A stretch of 64,000 nt of DNA from an uncultured Gammaproteobacteria bacterium (GCA_964649615.1 CAZYPW010000007.1:8734-72733); one strand, 5' to 3'; positions 1 through 11,993 are shown, counted from the stretch's first letter. The notes: generated by a model not told the origin, from the letters alone. Numbers and translations: made by a program.

Positions 1-1708
1 TGATGCCAATCGTGCCTTGATGGGAACTCAGATGCAATGCCAGGCAGTCCCACTGCTTCTTCCTCAATCTCCAATTGTGGGAACTGGTATGGAAAGAATT
101 GTCGCTGATAATATGGGCAGGGTAGTTAGGGCGCCTGAAGATGGAACTGTCACGTATGTTGATGGCAAAAAGTTGGTTCTGAAAGGTAAAAAAGATGAAT
201 ACAAATATGAGATCAGAAAATTTGTCCATTCTCCTCAGGGAACTTGTTATTCTCAAAAACCTATTGTTAATTTAGGTCAAAAGGTCTCCAGAGGAGATCT
301 TTTAATTGATGGAGCAGCCACAGATAAAGGAGATTTGGCACTGGGTACTAATTTATTGATTGCTTATATGAGTTTTGAAGGTTTGGGTTATGAAGATGCT
401 ATTGTGATTTCGGATAGGCTGGTTAAAGATGATGCCCTAACTTCAATTCATATTGAAGAGTATGAAATTGATGTGGTGGAAACCAAATTAGGCCCTGAGG
501 AGCTGACACGGGATATCCCTAATGTATCTGAAGATGCTTTAGCTAATTTAGATGAGGCGGGTTTAATCAGGATTGGAGCAGAGGTTGGGCCAAGTGATAT
601 CTTGGTTGGTAAAGTTCAACCAAAAGGAGAAACAGAGCTAACAGCTGAAGAAAGATTACTTAGAGCAATATTTGGAGAAAAAGCCAAAGAAGTAAGAGAC
701 ACCTCTTTGAGAATTCCCCATGGAGAAAGAGGAACGGTGATTGGAATCCAAATTCTCTCCAGAGATAAAGGAGATGAATTAGACACCGGCACTTTAATGA
801 GAATTAAAGTCAAAGTAGCCCAGATGAGAAAAGTGACTGAAGGAGATAAGTTGGCAGGCAGGCATGGCAACAAAGGAGTAATTTCCAAAATTGTGCCAAT
901 TGCTGATATGCCTCATTTAGAAGATGGAACACCGGTTGATATTGTCATCTCTCCCCTCTCTGTTTTATCCCGTATGAATTTAGGTCAGCTTTTAGAAACC
1001 CATTGGGGTTTTGCAGCCTCAAAATTAGGCTATAAAGTAGCAGCTCCTGTTTTTGAAAAGATTCCTGAAGATAAATTAATAGAAGAATTGAAAAAAGCAG
1101 GATTGTCTGTTGATGGTAAAGTCAGGCTGATTGATGGCAGGTCTGGCCAGGCTTTTGATAGATCAATTGTGGTGGGCAGAAACTATATTCTAAAACTAAT
1201 CCATATGGTGGAGGAAAAGATTCATGCCCGCTCCACTGGCCCTTATTCTTTGGTGACTCAACAGCCTTTGGGTGGAAAAGCTCAAATGGGAGGACAAAGA
1301 TTAGGAGAGATGGAAGTTTGGGCACTGGAAGCATATGGAGCAGCCCATATTTTACAGGAAATGTTAACTATCAAATCTGATGATGTGGTAGGGAGAGCTA
1401 AGGCCTTTGAGGCAATAGTCAAAGGGATTGATATCCCACAGGCCTTGATTCCAGAATCCTTTAAGGTTTTAGTTAAAGAATTACAAGCATTGGGCCTATC
1501 AGTGGATACAATAGGGGCAAAAATTATTCAAGCTCCTGAGGTTGAAGAAAAGCCGTCAATTGTAGAAGAAGTTGCAGAGTTAGAACAGGCTTTAGAGGCT
1601 AAAGTTTCTGCATCTGAGGAAGAGTTAAGTTTGCAGTCAAGCCCCTTTGAAGTAGTTGACCCCGATAAAATTGGGGTTGGTGTAGAGAAAGAAAAGGAGG
1701 CAGAATGA
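1..1708 (+). CDS. rpoB: DNA-directed RNA polymerase beta subunit, C-terminal part (gene starts upstream of window)
   Basis: Frame open from the window edge. Conserved RpoB C-terminal blocks ([61 protein letters not shown]). Acidic C-terminal tail. Stop overlaps the rpoC start (ATGA). Confidence 0.92.
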   Translation, partial: DANRALMGTQMQCQAVPLLLPQSPIVGTGMERIVADNMGRVVRAPEDGTVTYVDGKKLVLKGKKDEYKYEIRKFVHSPQGTCYSQKPIVNLGQKVSRGDLLIDGAATDKGDLALGTNLLIAYMSFEGLGYEDAIVISDRLVKDDALTSIHIEEYEIDVVETKLGPEELTRDIPNVSEDALANLDEAGLIRIGAEVGPSDILVGKVQPKGETELTAEERLLRAIFGEKAKEVRDTSLRIPHGERGTVIGIQILSRDKGDELDTGTLMRIKVKVAQMRKVTEGDKLAGRHGNKGVISKIVPIADMPHLEDGTPVDIVISPLSVLSRMNLGQLLETHWGFAASKLGYKVAAPVFEKIPEDKLIEELKKAGLSVDGKVRLIDGRSGQAFDRSIVVGRNYILKLIHMVEEKIHARSTGPYSLVTQQPLGGKAQMGGQRLGEMEVWALEAYGAAHILQEMLTIKSDDVVGRAKAFEAIVKGIDIPQALIPESFKVLVKELQALGLSVDTIGAKIIQAPEVEEKPSIVEEVAELEQALEAKVSASEEELSLQSSPFEVVDPDKIGVGVEKEKEAE

Positions 1709-4700
1709 ATGATCTAATAGATTTTGAAAGCTTGAAGTTAACAGCGGCCTCGCCTGAACAAGTCAGAAGCTGGTCTTTTGGTGAAGTAACCAAGCCAGAA
1801 ACTATTAATTATAGAACGCTAAAGGCTGAAAAAGATGGACTTTTTTCTGAAAATATCTTTGGCCCCACCAAGGATTATGAATGTTATTGTGGAAAATACA
1901 AAAGAATTAGGTATAGAGGAGTGATTTGTGATAAATGTGGAGTGGAAGTAACCCAAAGCAAGGTTAGGCGCGAGAGAATGGGCCATATTAATTTAGCCTC
2001 CCCTGTTGCCCATATCTGGTTTGTCAAAGGTGCCCCTTCAAAATTATCATTACTTTTGGAGATCTCCCCTAAAAATTTGGAGGCTGTTATTTATTTTGCC
2101 TCATATTTGGTGATCAATGTTGATCCTGCTGGAAAGGCTGCTGCTTTAGAAAAACTAGAAAAAGATTTAGTGAAAAAGCAGGATGAACAAAAGCAAGCTT
2201 TGGAAAAAAATATTAAAGGATTAGAAGATATCCTCAAAAAAGACCTATCTGAACTTAAGAAAAAAATTGATAAAGAAAAATTTGAGTTAGAAGCTCAAGA
2301 AGTGGAGCTTAAAAACAGGTCAGAAAAACAAAAATTAAGAGATAATTTAGTAGTAGAACAAGGTACTCTGGAGAGTATCTATCAAGCTGTAGCCAGCTTG
2401 GTTAAGTCTGTGGCAGTGTCTAAGCTTTTATCTGAAGAAGAATATTTTAAGCTTGATGAATATGGAGTTTCTGAGTTTATTACTGTGAGTATGGGAGCAG
2501 AGGCACTTCTCGAAATTTTACAAAAATTAGATTTAGATAAATTATCAGCTTCCCTGCGGGAGGAAGTCAGAAAATCCACTGGCCAAAAACATATCAAAGC
2601 TACCAAGCGCTTGCGGATTATTGAGGGCATGAGGGGTGCCAGTGTTAGGCCTGAGTGGTTGATCATGAAGATTTTACCTATTTTACCTCCGGATCTGCGC
2701 CCTATGGTCCAGCTGCCTGGAGGCAGGTTTGCCACCTCAGATTTAAATGATTTATACAGAAGAGTGATTAATAGGAATAACCGTTTAAATAGGCTGATTA
2801 ATCTTGGGGCGCCAGAAATAATTTTAAGAAATGAAAAAAGAATGCTTCAGGAAGCAGTCGATTCTTTAATTGATGCCACCTCCAGAACCTCCAGAAGAGC
2901 AGGCCCTCAAGCTGCGCATAATTTAAGGTCACTTTCTGATATGTTAAGGGGTAAACAAGGCAGGTTTAGGCAAAATTTGTTAGGCAAAAGAGTGGATTAT
3001 TCTGGCAGGTCAGTGATTGTGGTGGGCCCAAAACTAAAATTAGACCAAGTTGGCTTGCCAAAAGAGATGGCTTTGGAGATGTTTAAACCCTTTGTGCTGC
3101 GTGAGATGATAGGAAGGGGAATGTCTGCCAATGTTAAGGGAGCCAAAAATGTGCTGGAAGCCCGCCCTAATGAAGTCTGGGATATTTTAGAGGAGATTAT
3201 CACAGGCCACCCTATTTTAATCAATCGTGCTCCCACCTTGCATAGATTAGGCATCCAGGCCTTTTTCCCAGTCTTGGTTGATGGAAATGCTATTAAAATT
3301 CACCCTTGTATTTGTGCAGGATTTAATGCTGACTTTGATGGAGACCAGATGGCAATTCATGTGCCATTATCTGATAAAGCTCAAGAAGAGGCTAAAGCTT
3401 TGATGACGGCTAAAGAAAATATCTTTGGCCCAGCCCATGCCCAACCAATTACTGTGCCAAATAGAGAAATGGCCTTAGGTTGTTATTACCTAACCCAGAT
3501 TGAGGAAAGCAGTAATGATGAATTGAAATTATTTACCTCTGAAGAAGATGCGATCAGAGCTTATCAGATAGGTAAGCTTGCATTAAAACAAAAAATTAAA
3601 GTTAGAGTTTTAAAGGAGATAGTTGAAACTTCAGTAGGAAGAGTATTTTTCAATAAAGTTTTGCCTGAAAGCATGAGATTTTTTAACCAAACAGTTAAAG
3701 GTATCACCATTAGGGATTTGATCTTGAAGGCTACTGAAACAATGACTAAACAAGAAGTGGTTGATTTGATAGATAATATTAAAACTGTTGGTTTTTGGGC
3801 TGTCACCAATGCTGGTATTTCCATTGGGATATTTGATGCCAAGATTGTCCCTAATAAACAAGAATATTTACAAAGAGCTGAGGTTGAAATTGAGAAAGTA
3901 GAAGCGAATTTAGCCAAAGGGTTAATTACCCTCACTGAAAAATCCCAACTTTCTCAAATGGTTTGGATTCAAACTACTGAAGAGTTAGCTAATGCTACCT
4001 GGGACTTTTTAGGCATGGATAATCCAATCAGGATGATGGTTGAGGCTGGAGCCCGGGGATCCCGTGATCAAGCCAAACAGCTATCAGCCATGAGAGGTTT
4101 ATCTACAGATCCAACAGGAAAGATTGTGGAGCTGCCTACTAAATCTAACTATAGGCAGGGTTTATCTGTATTTGAATACTTTACATCCGCCCGTGGCGCT
4201 AGAAAAGGGGTAGCTGATAAAGCGTTAAAAACTGCTGATGCAGGGTATCTGACTAGAAGACTCGTGGATGTAGCCCATGATGTGATTATTAGAATGGACG
4301 ATTGTGGTACTGATAAGGGATTGGAATATGATCTTTCTAAAGTAAGTTTCCCAGTAGCCAGAGAAAAAGTTTTAGGCAGGATGCTTGTTCAGAATGTCAC
4401 AGAAGAGGGAAGCAGAAAAGTGCTCTTTAAGACAGGCATAATTTTGGCAGAAGAGGAGATTAATGTTTTGCTTAAGTTTTCTGTAAAAACTTTGGTAGCC
4501 CGCTCCCCCTTAACTTGTGAATCAAGATATGGAATTTGTGCTGCTTGTTATGGATTAGATTTAACTACCAGGCAGATTGTTAAAATTGGTACTCCTGTTG
4601 GGGTGGTAGCAGCCCAAGCTATTGGTGAACCAGGAACTCAGTTAACTATGAGAACTTTCCATACTGGAGGAATTGTGGGACTAGATATTACCCAAGGGCT

Positions 4701-5397
4701 GCCTAGGGTAGAAGAGTTATTTGAAGCCAGAACCCCCAAGATTACAGCTCCAGTCTCTGAGATTGCTGGAAAAGTATCTATTGTAGAAAATGAAGATGGC
4801 GGAACCAAGGTTAGAGTCAGAACTACCCAAAAACCTCATGAAGAAAGGGAATATATTATTCCAGCCTCTGCCCAAATCTTGGTTGAAGAAGGGCAGTTAA
4901 TCTCTGCTGGAGCAGTCTTGGCCTCAGGCCATATTGATGTTAAAGAGCTCCTTCGGGTTCAAGGTTTAAGAGATGCCCAAAGATATATTGTGGATGAAGT
5001 AAGAAGCGTTTATGAATCTCAGGGTGTGCCTATTAATGAAAAACATTTTGAAACAATTGTGAGAAAGATGTCTGATAAAGTTAGAGTTGAATCACAGGGG
5101 GACACTAATTTATTGCCAGGTGAGATTATTGATAAACTCAAGTTTGAGGAAGAAAACAAGAGGGTTTTAGCAGGTGGCGGTGAACCATCAACAGCAGAGG
5201 TAGTTATTTTAGGCATCACCAGAGCCTCCCTGCAAACTGAAAGCTTCCTATCTGCTGCATCTTTTCAGGAAACTACCACTATTTTGTCTGATGCAGCTGT
5301 TTCTGGCAAAGTAGATAAGTTGTTAGGCCTAAAAGAGAATGTTATAATAGGGCGCTTGATACCGACAAGCGAAGAAAGGGCAAGAATAGAAGGGTAA
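1705..5397 (+). CDS. rpoC: DNA-directed RNA polymerase beta' subunit
   Basis: 1230 aa. Zn-finger [23 protein letters not shown], catalytic NADFDGDQM, trigger-loop/bridge-helix regions, C-terminal GRLIPT motif. Confidence 0.95.
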   Translation: MNDLIDFESLKLTAASPEQVRSWSFGEVTKPETINYRTLKAEKDGLFSENIFGPTKDYECYCGKYKRIRYRGVICDKCGVEVTQSKVRRERMGHINLASPVAHIWFVKGAPSKLSLLLEISPKNLEAVIYFASYLVINVDPAGKAAALEKLEKDLVKKQDEQKQALEKNIKGLEDILKKDLSELKKKIDKEKFELEAQEVELKNRSEKQKLRDNLVVEQGTLESIYQAVASLVKSVAVSKLLSEEEYFKLDEYGVSEFITVSMGAEALLEILQKLDLDKLSASLREEVRKSTGQKHIKATKRLRIIEGMRGASVRPEWLIMKILPILPPDLRPMVQLPGGRFATSDLNDLYRRVINRNNRLNRLINLGAPEIILRNEKRMLQEAVDSLIDATSRTSRRAGPQAAHNLRSLSDMLRGKQGRFRQNLLGKRVDYSGRSVIVVGPKLKLDQVGLPKEMALEMFKPFVLREMIGRGMSANVKGAKNVLEARPNEVWDILEEIITGHPILINRAPTLHRLGIQAFFPVLVDGNAIKIHPCICAGFNADFDGDQMAIHVPLSDKAQEEAKALMTAKENIFGPAHAQPITVPNREMALGCYYLTQIEESSNDELKLFTSEEDAIRAYQIGKLALKQKIKVRVLKEIVETSVGRVFFNKVLPESMRFFNQTVKGITIRDLILKATETMTKQEVVDLIDNIKTVGFWAVTNAGISIGIFDAKIVPNKQEYLQRAEVEIEKVEANLAKGLITLTEKSQLSQMVWIQTTEELANATWDFLGMDNPIRMMVEAGARGSRDQAKQLSAMRGLSTDPTGKIVELPTKSNYRQGLSVFEYFTSARGARKGVADKALKTADAGYLTRRLVDVAHDVIIRMDDCGTDKGLEYDLSKVSFPVAREKVLGRMLVQNVTEEGSRKVLFKTGIILAEEEINVLLKFSVKTLVARSPLTCESRYGICAACYGLDLTTRQIVKIGTPVGVVAAQAIGEPGTQLTMRTFHTGGIVGLDITQGLPRVEELFEARTPKITAPVSEIAGKVSIVENEDGGTKVRVRTTQKPHEEREYIIPASAQILVEEGQLISAGAVLASGHIDVKELLRVQGLRDAQRYIVDEVRSVYESQGVPINEKHFETIVRKMSDKVRVESQGDTNLLPGEIIDKLKFEEENKRVLAGGGEPSTAEVVILGITRASLQTESFLSAASFQETTTILSDAAVSGKVDKLLGLKENVIIGRLIPTSEERARIEG

Positions 5398-5410
5398 ACC
5401 CTTGTCAAAA

Positions 5411-5431
5411 ACTCTCCACTGGAGACTTTTT
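5411..5431 (+). terminator. hairpin (TCTCCA-C-TGGAGA) followed by TTTTT, 14 nt after the rpoC stop; part of repeated element copy A
   Basis: Inverted repeat plus T-run read directly from the sequence. Confidence 0.4.
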
Positions 5432-5496
5432 GCAAGCGATCTCCCTCGTTCAAATAATTTTTTAAAGATTATAAATTATTTGAACTTCAGTCCGAT

Positions 5497-5976
5497 ATGC
5501 CAACTATTAATCAACTAATCAGGCACGGCAGACAAAAAATCGTTAAAAAAGTCAAAGCAACAGCGCTAAGGCGCTCATTTAATGCCAAAGATAGAAAATA
5601 TACTCAATTTTATAATCCTCAAAAAAGAGGAGTAGTTTTACTGGTTAAAACCATGACTCCCAAAAAACCAAATTCAGCTTTGAGAAAAGTAGCTAGAGTG
5701 AGACTTTCTAATAGAACTGAGGTCACAGCTTATATTCAGGGTGAAGGCCATTCTTTAGCAGAACATGGCATTGTGATGGTTCGTGGCGGTAGAGTTAAAG
5801 ATCTGCCAGGTGTGAAATACCATCTTGTTCGTGGCAAGTTTGATCTTGCTGGAGTTGAAGGCAGAAAACAAGCCAGGTCAATTTATGGCACCAAATCTGG
5901 CGGTGGACCAGCCCGCCCAGCAGCTAAACCTGCAACTGATCTTGCCCCAGCCGCTGAAGGAGCAGTACCAGTATGA
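5497..5976 (+). CDS. rpsL: 30S ribosomal protein S12, with ~25 aa Ala/Pro-rich C-terminal extension
   Basis: [13 protein letters not shown] start, [16 protein letters not shown] block, [10 protein letters not shown]. Stop overlaps the rpsG start. Confidence 0.95.
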   Translation: MPTINQLIRHGRQKIVKKVKATALRRSFNAKDRKYTQFYNPQKRGVVLLVKTMTPKKPNSALRKVARVRLSNRTEVTAYIQGEGHSLAEHGIVMVRGGRVKDLPGVKYHLVRGKFDLAGVEGRKQARSIYGTKSGGGPARPAAKPATDLAPAAEGAVPV

Positions 5977-6449
5977 GAAGCAAAAAAGCCCCTAAAAGAT
6001 TAATTCAGGAGGATCCTTTATATGGATCAAAGATGCTACAGAGGTTTATTAATAGATTAATGGTTGATGGTAAAAAATCTGTTGCCCAATCTTTAGTTTA
6101 TAAAGCTTTAGAAAATATTAAAGAAACCACTAAGCAAGAACCTTTAGGAGTTTTTGAAAGAGCTATCCAAAATATCTCTCCCAAAATGGAAGTAAGGCCC
6201 AGAAGGGTAGGAGGAGCTTCATATCAGGTTCCAGTTGAGGTGAGGGGAGATAGAAAAGAAGCCCTGGCTATAAGATGGCTTATTGCTGCAGCAAAAAATA
6301 GGCCTAATTCATCTTTTCACAGCTTTGATCTAAAATTAGCCCAAGAATTTATAGATGCAGCTAATAACCAAGGCTTAGCTATTAAGAAAAAAGAAGATAT
6401 GCAAAAAACAGCAGCTGCTAATAGGGCATTTTCTCACTTCAGATGGTAA
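5973..6449 (+). CDS. rpsG: 30S ribosomal protein S7
   Basis: 158 aa. S7 family blocks ([34 protein letters not shown]). Confidence 0.95.
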   Translation: MRSKKAPKRLIQEDPLYGSKMLQRFINRLMVDGKKSVAQSLVYKALENIKETTKQEPLGVFERAIQNISPKMEVRPRRVGGASYQVPVEVRGDRKEALAIRWLIAAAKNRPNSSFHSFDLKLAQEFIDAANNQGLAIKKKEDMQKTAAANRAFSHFRW

Positions 6450-7348
6450 ATTCAGAAAGAAAAGCTGCTCTAATTACTGGTGCTGCAAGTGGAATGGGAT
6501 TTGAAACTGTAAAAAGATTCTCTAAGGATCCTAGATATAATCCCATTTATGCTCTAGATTTAGACCCTTCTGTACATACAATTTTTGAAGCTGCACAATA
6601 TCCTCAAGTAGTTGCTCTTCAAGTAGATATTAGAAAAGGAAATGAAATTGCTCAAGTGTTTGACAAAGTACTCAAAGAAACCAAAAATCTTGATGTGGTT
6701 GTGAATGCTGCAGGAATAATAATTGCTGGTGATGCACAGGGTCCAGAGGGTGAAAAGCAAATTGCCAATCTTAATGATACAAATTTCTTCGGACAGATGT
6801 ATGTAATGCAAAGAGCAGAAATTGCTATGGAAAGTAGAGAAGGCGGAGTTATTATAAATGTAACTTCTGCAAAAGATTATTTTCCAGATCCTTTCCGTTT
6901 TGAATATATGTTATCAAAAATCAGATTTGAAGAGATGAGTTTATATGATGGAGAAAGATTAAGAGAGGATGGAGTTAGGATTGTAGTTGTTAAACCAGGG
7001 AATACAAAAACTCATATAGATAGAAGAGATTGGACTCAAGGCTATAACGAGGGAGAAATGAAAGCAGTACAAGGATTTAATGACTGGTGGAGAAGAACTT
7101 TTGGCAATGATCCTAAAAATGTTGCAGAGGTTATATACAAAATTGCTGAAGGGGAAATTGATAACTCTGTAGTGCCAGTAGGTCTTGATGCTAAGCTGGG
7201 ATATCTTTTAGTAAAAATCCCATTTTGGAGAGCAATGTTTTTCCTAGGAGCAGCTGGAGTTTATGCAGGAATTATAAAGTTACAAAATTTGCGTGATCGT
7301 CTTCCTTTTAAAGGTTATAATTCAAGAGATGATAAAAATAATTTTTGA
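6443..7348 (+). CDS. short-chain dehydrogenase/reductase (SDR) family oxidoreductase
   Basis: N-terminal TGAASGMG Rossmann motif. NAAG. Catalytic S...YMLSK (YxxxK). Start overlaps the rpsG stop by 7 nt. Confidence 0.8.
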   Translation: MVNSERKAALITGAASGMGFETVKRFSKDPRYNPIYALDLDPSVHTIFEAAQYPQVVALQVDIRKGNEIAQVFDKVLKETKNLDVVVNAAGIIIAGDAQGPEGEKQIANLNDTNFFGQMYVMQRAEIAMESREGGVIINVTSAKDYFPDPFRFEYMLSKIRFEEMSLYDGERLREDGVRIVVVKPGNTKTHIDRRDWTQGYNEGEMKAVQGFNDWWRRTFGNDPKNVAEVIYKIAEGEIDNSVVPVGLDAKLGYLLVKIPFWRAMFFLGAAGVYAGIIKLQNLRDRLPFKGYNSRDDKNNF

Positions 7349-7863
7349 GACCCATTCAACTTCTATTGATAATGAGAAGCATCTTTCCTCTGGACATAAT
7401 GATGCAGAGTTGTCTTTTTTAGGTATAAAGCAGGCAAAAGAACTGGGTGAAAGATACCAGGATCAGGAATTTGATGCAATCTTTGTTTCTGATTTACAAA
7501 GATCATACAAAACAGCAGAGATTGCTTTTGGAGAAAAATTTCCCATAATTCGTGATAAAAGACTGCGGGAATGTGATTATGGAGATTTAACTGGACATCC
7601 ATCTAATGAGGTAGAGCTACTTAAAGTGGAACATATAACTGTGCCATTTCCAAATGGAGAATCCTATAAAGACTGTCTAAAAAGGATGAAGGGGTTTTTA
7701 GATGAATTAATACATTATATCACGGCCGTAGCATAAATGTATTAATAATTGGTCATAGAGCAACCCAGTATGGATTAGAACATTTAATCAATGGAGTTGA
7801 TCTAGAAACTTTAGTCACCACTCCCTTTAAATGGCAACCAGGCTGGGTTTATCAGGTGAGTTG
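7329..7863 (+). pseudogene. histidine phosphatase (phosphoglycerate mutase-like) family gene, frameshifted and degenerate
   Basis: Frame 1 (7329-7736) aligns to PGM branch-1 (FETHS in place of RHGES; FDAIFVSDLQRSYKTAEIA). It stops at 7736. The C-terminal His motif (HGRSINVLIIGHRATQ...) continues in the -1 frame to 7863. The Arg of RHG is lost. Confidence 0.55.
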
Positions 7864-7895
7864 ACTTTTAGGATCAAAAACATTAATATTTACAT

Positions 7896-7929
7896 CTAGC
7901 CTCCTGAATTTGAGGGGGCTTCTTTTTTT
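7896..7929 (+). terminator. intrinsic terminator (AGCCUCC-loop-GGGGGCU followed by UCUUUUUUU) ending the SDR/phosphatase insert
   Basis: 7-bp stem including one G-U pair, followed by a T-run. Confidence 0.5.
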
Positions 7930-7944
7930 ATGTAGGATATAAAT

Positions 7945-8178
7945 ATGGACAAGATGGATAATAAGTTACGTCAAGAAAAATTAAAGATGTGGAGAGAAAA
8001 CCTCAAGAAACTTGAGGATCAACTGGTGGCTGTTCAACATAAAAAAGGACTTGCTGCTCAAGAAGGGGATTTATCTGAAAATGCAGCCTATACTATGGCT
8101 ATTGAGGATGCAGAAACTTTTAGAGTGCAGATTGAACAGGTAAAGAAAATAATTCAAGAATTAGAAGGAGGAAAATAG
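7945..8178 (+). CDS. GreA/GreB N-terminal coiled-coil domain-only protein (77 aa)
   Basis: QEGDLSENAAY matches the Gre coiled-coil tip (HGDLKENAEY) including the two acidic tip residues. No FKBP-like C-terminal domain. Stop abuts the fusA start. Confidence 0.55.
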   Translation: MDKMDNKLRQEKLKMWRENLKKLEDQLVAVQHKKGLAAQEGDLSENAAYTMAIEDAETFRVQIEQVKKIIQELEGGK

Positions 8179-10320
8179 ATGGCTACACAGAAGACAAAAA
8201 GAGACTTTCCGCTTGATAGAATACGTAATATTGGAATCATAGCCCATATTGATGCTGGCAAAACAACCACCACCGAAAGAATCCTTTTTTATACAGGCAG
8301 AACTTATAAAATTGGTGATATTGATGAAGGAACCACAGTGACTGATTGGATGGAGCAGGAAAAAGAGAGAGGAATTACCATTGTTTCTGCAGCTATCACT
8401 ACTTTTTGGATAGTTAAATCTGGTGGGATGTTTAATGGGGAAGAAGTAAGGATTAATTTGATTGATACCCCAGGCCACGTTGATTTTACAGCAGAAGTAG
8501 AAAGATCCTTGAGGGTTTTAGATGGAGCAGTGATTGTATTAGATAGTGCCTCTGGTGTGCAATCCCAAACAGAAACTGTTTGGAGGCAGGCTATTAAGTA
8601 TAGTGTACCTTTGATTGCTTTTGCCAACAAAATGGATGTGTTGGGAGCAGATTTTGCTGCCACTATCCAATCTGCCAGAGATAGATTAGGGGCTAATGCT
8701 ATTGCTTACAACTTGCCCATAGGCAAAGAGAATGATTTTAAAGGAGTAGTTGATCTATTAACCCAAAAAGTTTTAGTTTGGGAAGGTGATGATACTGGAG
8801 CTAAGTTTAACGAGGGTGAAATTCCAGCTGATATGGTTGAGGAAGTTAAAGCAGCTAGAGAGAAATTAGTAGAAGAGATTGCGGGAACTGATGATACTTT
8901 GATGGAAAAATACTTAAATGGGCAGGAAATTTCTGTGGGTGAGTTGCAAAAAGCCTTAAGGCAGGCAGTGATTGCCAATAAAATTGTGCCTGTTTTTGCA
9001 GGATCATCTTTGCGAAATAAAGGTGTCCAACCCATGCTGGATGCAGTGGTCCAATATTTGCCCTCCCCCCAAGATATTGCTAAAGTGGATGGAACAAATC
9101 CTCAGACAGGAGAGACAGAAGAAAGAAAAGCAGATCCTACTGCACCACTTTCTGCTTTAGCTTTTAAAATTCAAGTTGATCCTCATGTGGGCAAGTTAAC
9201 TTATATTAGAGTTTATTCAGGCACCTTAAAAAGTGGAACATATGTTTATAATGCTACTAAGCAGATAAAAGAACGAATTGGCAGGCTGCTTTTGATGCAT
9301 GCCAATGATAGAGAAGAGATAGATGAAGCATATGCAGGAGAGATTGTAGCTGCAGTTGGGCTTAAAGATACAACCACAGGAGATACTTTGTGTGAGGATA
9401 ATGCTCCCATTATTTTAGAGTCTATTTCTTTCCCAGAACCTGTTATCTCTTTAGCAATCGAACCAAAAACTAAATCCGACCAGGAGAAGCTAGGTTATGC
9501 CTTGCAAAGGCTGTCTGAGGAAGACCCAACTTTTAGAGTCAAGTCTGACCATGAAACAGGCCAAACTATTATTGCTGGAATGGGTGAGCTGCAGCTAGAG
9601 GTTTTGGTAGATAGGATGAAAAGAGAGTTTAAGGTTGAAGCAAATGTGGGCCAGCCTCAAGTTGCTTATAAAGAAACTATTCAAAAATCAGCAGAAGGGG
9701 AAGGTAAATATATCAGGCAAACTGGAGGTAGGGGCCAGTATGGCCATTGTTTGCTTAGAATTGAACCTCTCCCCAGAGGAACAGGCAGAGAATTTGTCTC
9801 AGAAGTGGTGGGAGGTGCTATCCCCAGGGAGTTTATTTCTCCAATAGAAAAAGGAGTTATTGAAAAAGAAGATACAGGAATTCTGGCAGGTTATCCTGTA
9901 ACTGATATTAAAGTTACAGTTTATGATGGATCCTACCATGATGTTGATTCATCTGAGATTGCCTTTAAGATTGCTGCATCCTTAGGTTTATCTGAAGCTG
10001 CTAAAAGGGCAGATCTGATCCTGCTTGAGCCTATCATGAAGGTGGAAGTGACCACTCCTGAGGAGTTTTTAGGAGAAATTATTGGTGACCTGTCTTCTAA
10101 AAGAGCCCAAATTGTCTCTTCTGAGACCCAAAACAAAGCCAGAGTGGTTTTAGCTTATGTGCCTTTGGCTGAGATGCATGGATATGCCACTTCTTTAAGA
10201 AGCATGTCTCAAGGTAGAGCCACCTACTACATGGAAGCAGACCACTATGAACCAGTTCCAGCTAATATCACTGCTAAAATAGTAGAATCCTCAGGCTTTA
10301 CAGGCAGAGTTGAACATTAA
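8179..10320 (+). CDS. fusA: elongation factor G
   Basis: 713 aa. [16 protein letters not shown]-domain, DTPGHVDF, full EF-G domain order. Confidence 0.95.
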   Translation: MATQKTKRDFPLDRIRNIGIIAHIDAGKTTTTERILFYTGRTYKIGDIDEGTTVTDWMEQEKERGITIVSAAITTFWIVKSGGMFNGEEVRINLIDTPGHVDFTAEVERSLRVLDGAVIVLDSASGVQSQTETVWRQAIKYSVPLIAFANKMDVLGADFAATIQSARDRLGANAIAYNLPIGKENDFKGVVDLLTQKVLVWEGDDTGAKFNEGEIPADMVEEVKAAREKLVEEIAGTDDTLMEKYLNGQEISVGELQKALRQAVIANKIVPVFAGSSLRNKGVQPMLDAVVQYLPSPQDIAKVDGTNPQTGETEERKADPTAPLSALAFKIQVDPHVGKLTYIRVYSGTLKSGTYVYNATKQIKERIGRLLLMHANDREEIDEAYAGEIVAAVGLKDTTTGDTLCEDNAPIILESISFPEPVISLAIEPKTKSDQEKLGYALQRLSEEDPTFRVKSDHETGQTIIAGMGELQLEVLVDRMKREFKVEANVGQPQVAYKETIQKSAEGEGKYIRQTGGRGQYGHCLLRIEPLPRGTGREFVSEVVGGAIPREFISPIEKGVIEKEDTGILAGYPVTDIKVTVYDGSYHDVDSSEIAFKIAASLGLSEAAKRADLILLEPIMKVEVTTPEEFLGEIIGDLSSKRAQIVSSETQNKARVVLAYVPLAEMHGYATSLRSMSQGRATYYMEADHYEPVPANITAKIVESSGFTGRVEH

Positions 10321-10562
10321 ATTGCTTTATGTTATAAAGTATAAATTATGCCAGTATATGAAGTAGAGCCGAGATTTAGAGTTTCATTATGTTCGCGGTC
10401 GAGAATATAATGTCATTGTTTGCAGCTAAGTATTTTAGAGAAAAAGCAAAAAGGAGAAAAAGATGAGCTTTGGTGAAATCACCAATGGAGTTGCACTAAT
10501 GTACATTGCTTTTTGGAAAAAAGACACTTCGCGTAAATCTTCAAAGAGATCTTAAATTCTCC

Positions 10563-10597
10563 TCTTGCATTATCAGGCAGTTTATTGTATATTTACT
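10563..10597 (+). promoter_or_regulatory. candidate sigma70-type promoter for tuf (TTGCAT-17-TATATT)
   Basis: Spacing and hexamers read directly. Lies about 45 nt upstream of the tuf ATG. Confidence 0.35.
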
Positions 10598-10639
10598 TCA
10601 TCCAGCTGGGATATAGCTGGTTTTTAAAGATTTAAAATT

Positions 10640-11824
10640 ATGGCAGATGTAAAAAAATTTGATAGATCAAAACCACACGTAAATGTAGGAACAATGGGCC
10701 ACGTTGACCATGGTAAAACCACTCTTACAGCAGCAATTACTAATGTTTTAGCTGCTAAAGGTTTGGCTGAAAAAAGATCAGTTGATCAAATTGATAACGC
10801 CCCTGAAGAAAAAGCCCGTGGCATCACCATTAACATTTCCCACCAAGAATATGAAACAGAAAAAAGGCACTATGCCCATATCGACATGCCTGGCCACGCA
10901 GATTATATTAAAAACATGATTACTGGAGCAGCTCAAACAGATGGCGCCATTTTAGTGGTTTCAGCTCCAGATGGTCCCATGCCTCAAACTAGAGAACATC
11001 TTTTGCTTGCTAAACAAGTAGGAGTTCCAGCCATTGTAGTTTTTCTTAATAAAGTAGATATGGTTGATGATCCAGAACTGCTTGATTTGGTGGAAGAAGA
11101 AGTTCGTGATTTACTTAAAAAATATGAATATGATCCACAATCTCCAATAATCAGAGGTTCTGCTAAAAAAGCGCTAGAAGGTGACGGCGAAGCTGTAAAA
11201 GCAGTTGAAGAGTTAATGAACAAAGTTGATGAGTGGATTCCTACTCCAGTTCGTGACAAAGATAAGCCATTTTTGATGGCAGTTGAAGATGTTTTCTCTA
11301 TTAAAGGCAGGGGAACAGTGGTGACAGGAAGAATTGAAAGAGGAGTTGTAAAGGTTAATGAAGAGATTGAGATTATTGGTATTAGGCCTACTAAAAAGTC
11401 AGTGGTAACTGGAATTGAGATGTTTCATAAATTATTAGATCAGGGAGAAGCTGGAGATAATGCAGGGATTCTCCTGCGAGGAGTGGAAAAAGATGATGTG
11501 GAAAGAGGACAAGTTTTAGCTAAACCTGGTTCTATCACCCCTCACAGTGAATTTGAAGCAGAAGTTTACATTTTATCTAAAGAAGAAGGTGGAAGGCATA
11601 CACCATTTTTTAAAGGCTACAGGCCACAGTTTTACATCAGAACTACTGATGTGACCGGTGAAGTACAACTTCCAGAAGGTGTGGAAATGGCCATGCCGGG
11701 AGATACGGTTAAAGTGACCGGCAAATTAATTACACCGGTGGCTATGGAAGAAGGTTTAAGGTTTGCTGTTCGTGAAGGCGGTAAAACTGTGGGAGCTGGA
11801 GTGATTACCAAAATAATAGCTTAA
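10640..11824 (+). CDS. tuf: elongation factor Tu
   Basis: 394 aa. [23 protein letters not shown]-terminal beta-barrel domains. Confidence 0.97.
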   Translation: MADVKKFDRSKPHVNVGTMGHVDHGKTTLTAAITNVLAAKGLAEKRSVDQIDNAPEEKARGITINISHQEYETEKRHYAHIDMPGHADYIKNMITGAAQTDGAILVVSAPDGPMPQTREHLLLAKQVGVPAIVVFLNKVDMVDDPELLDLVEEEVRDLLKKYEYDPQSPIIRGSAKKALEGDGEAVKAVEELMNKVDEWIPTPVRDKDKPFLMAVEDVFSIKGRGTVVTGRIERGVVKVNEEIEIIGIRPTKKSVVTGIEMFHKLLDQGEAGDNAGILLRGVEKDDVERGQVLAKPGSITPHSEFEAEVYILSKEEGGRHTPFFKGYRPQFYIRTTDVTGEVQLPEGVEMAMPGDTVKVTGKLITPVAMEEGLRFAVREGGKTVGAGVITKIIA

Positions 11825-11993
11825 CTCAAATCTTAGATCTCAAATCGCAAATCTGAATCTAAAATCTAATACGCCCCTCCTTTGGAGGCAAAACTTTTGA
11901 GATTTAGCAATTAAACTTTAGTTTAATTGGGTGTATTGTTGTAGTTTTGAGTTTTGAGATATAATTAGCACATTGAAAGGGGAATAACAATTT

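Noticed and set aside
616-5453. Multiple 60-120 aa antisense or alternative-frame ORFs inside rpoB and rpoC (e.g. 616-888, 2382-2735, 3564-3935)
   Set aside because: Embedded in strongly conserved essential genes. Typical shadow ORFs of AT-rich sequence.
11830-11872. Possible CRISPR-like short repeats (NAAATCT x6)
   Set aside because: The units are 7 nt with no spacers. This does not fit CRISPR repeat/spacer geometry, and no cas genes are in the window.
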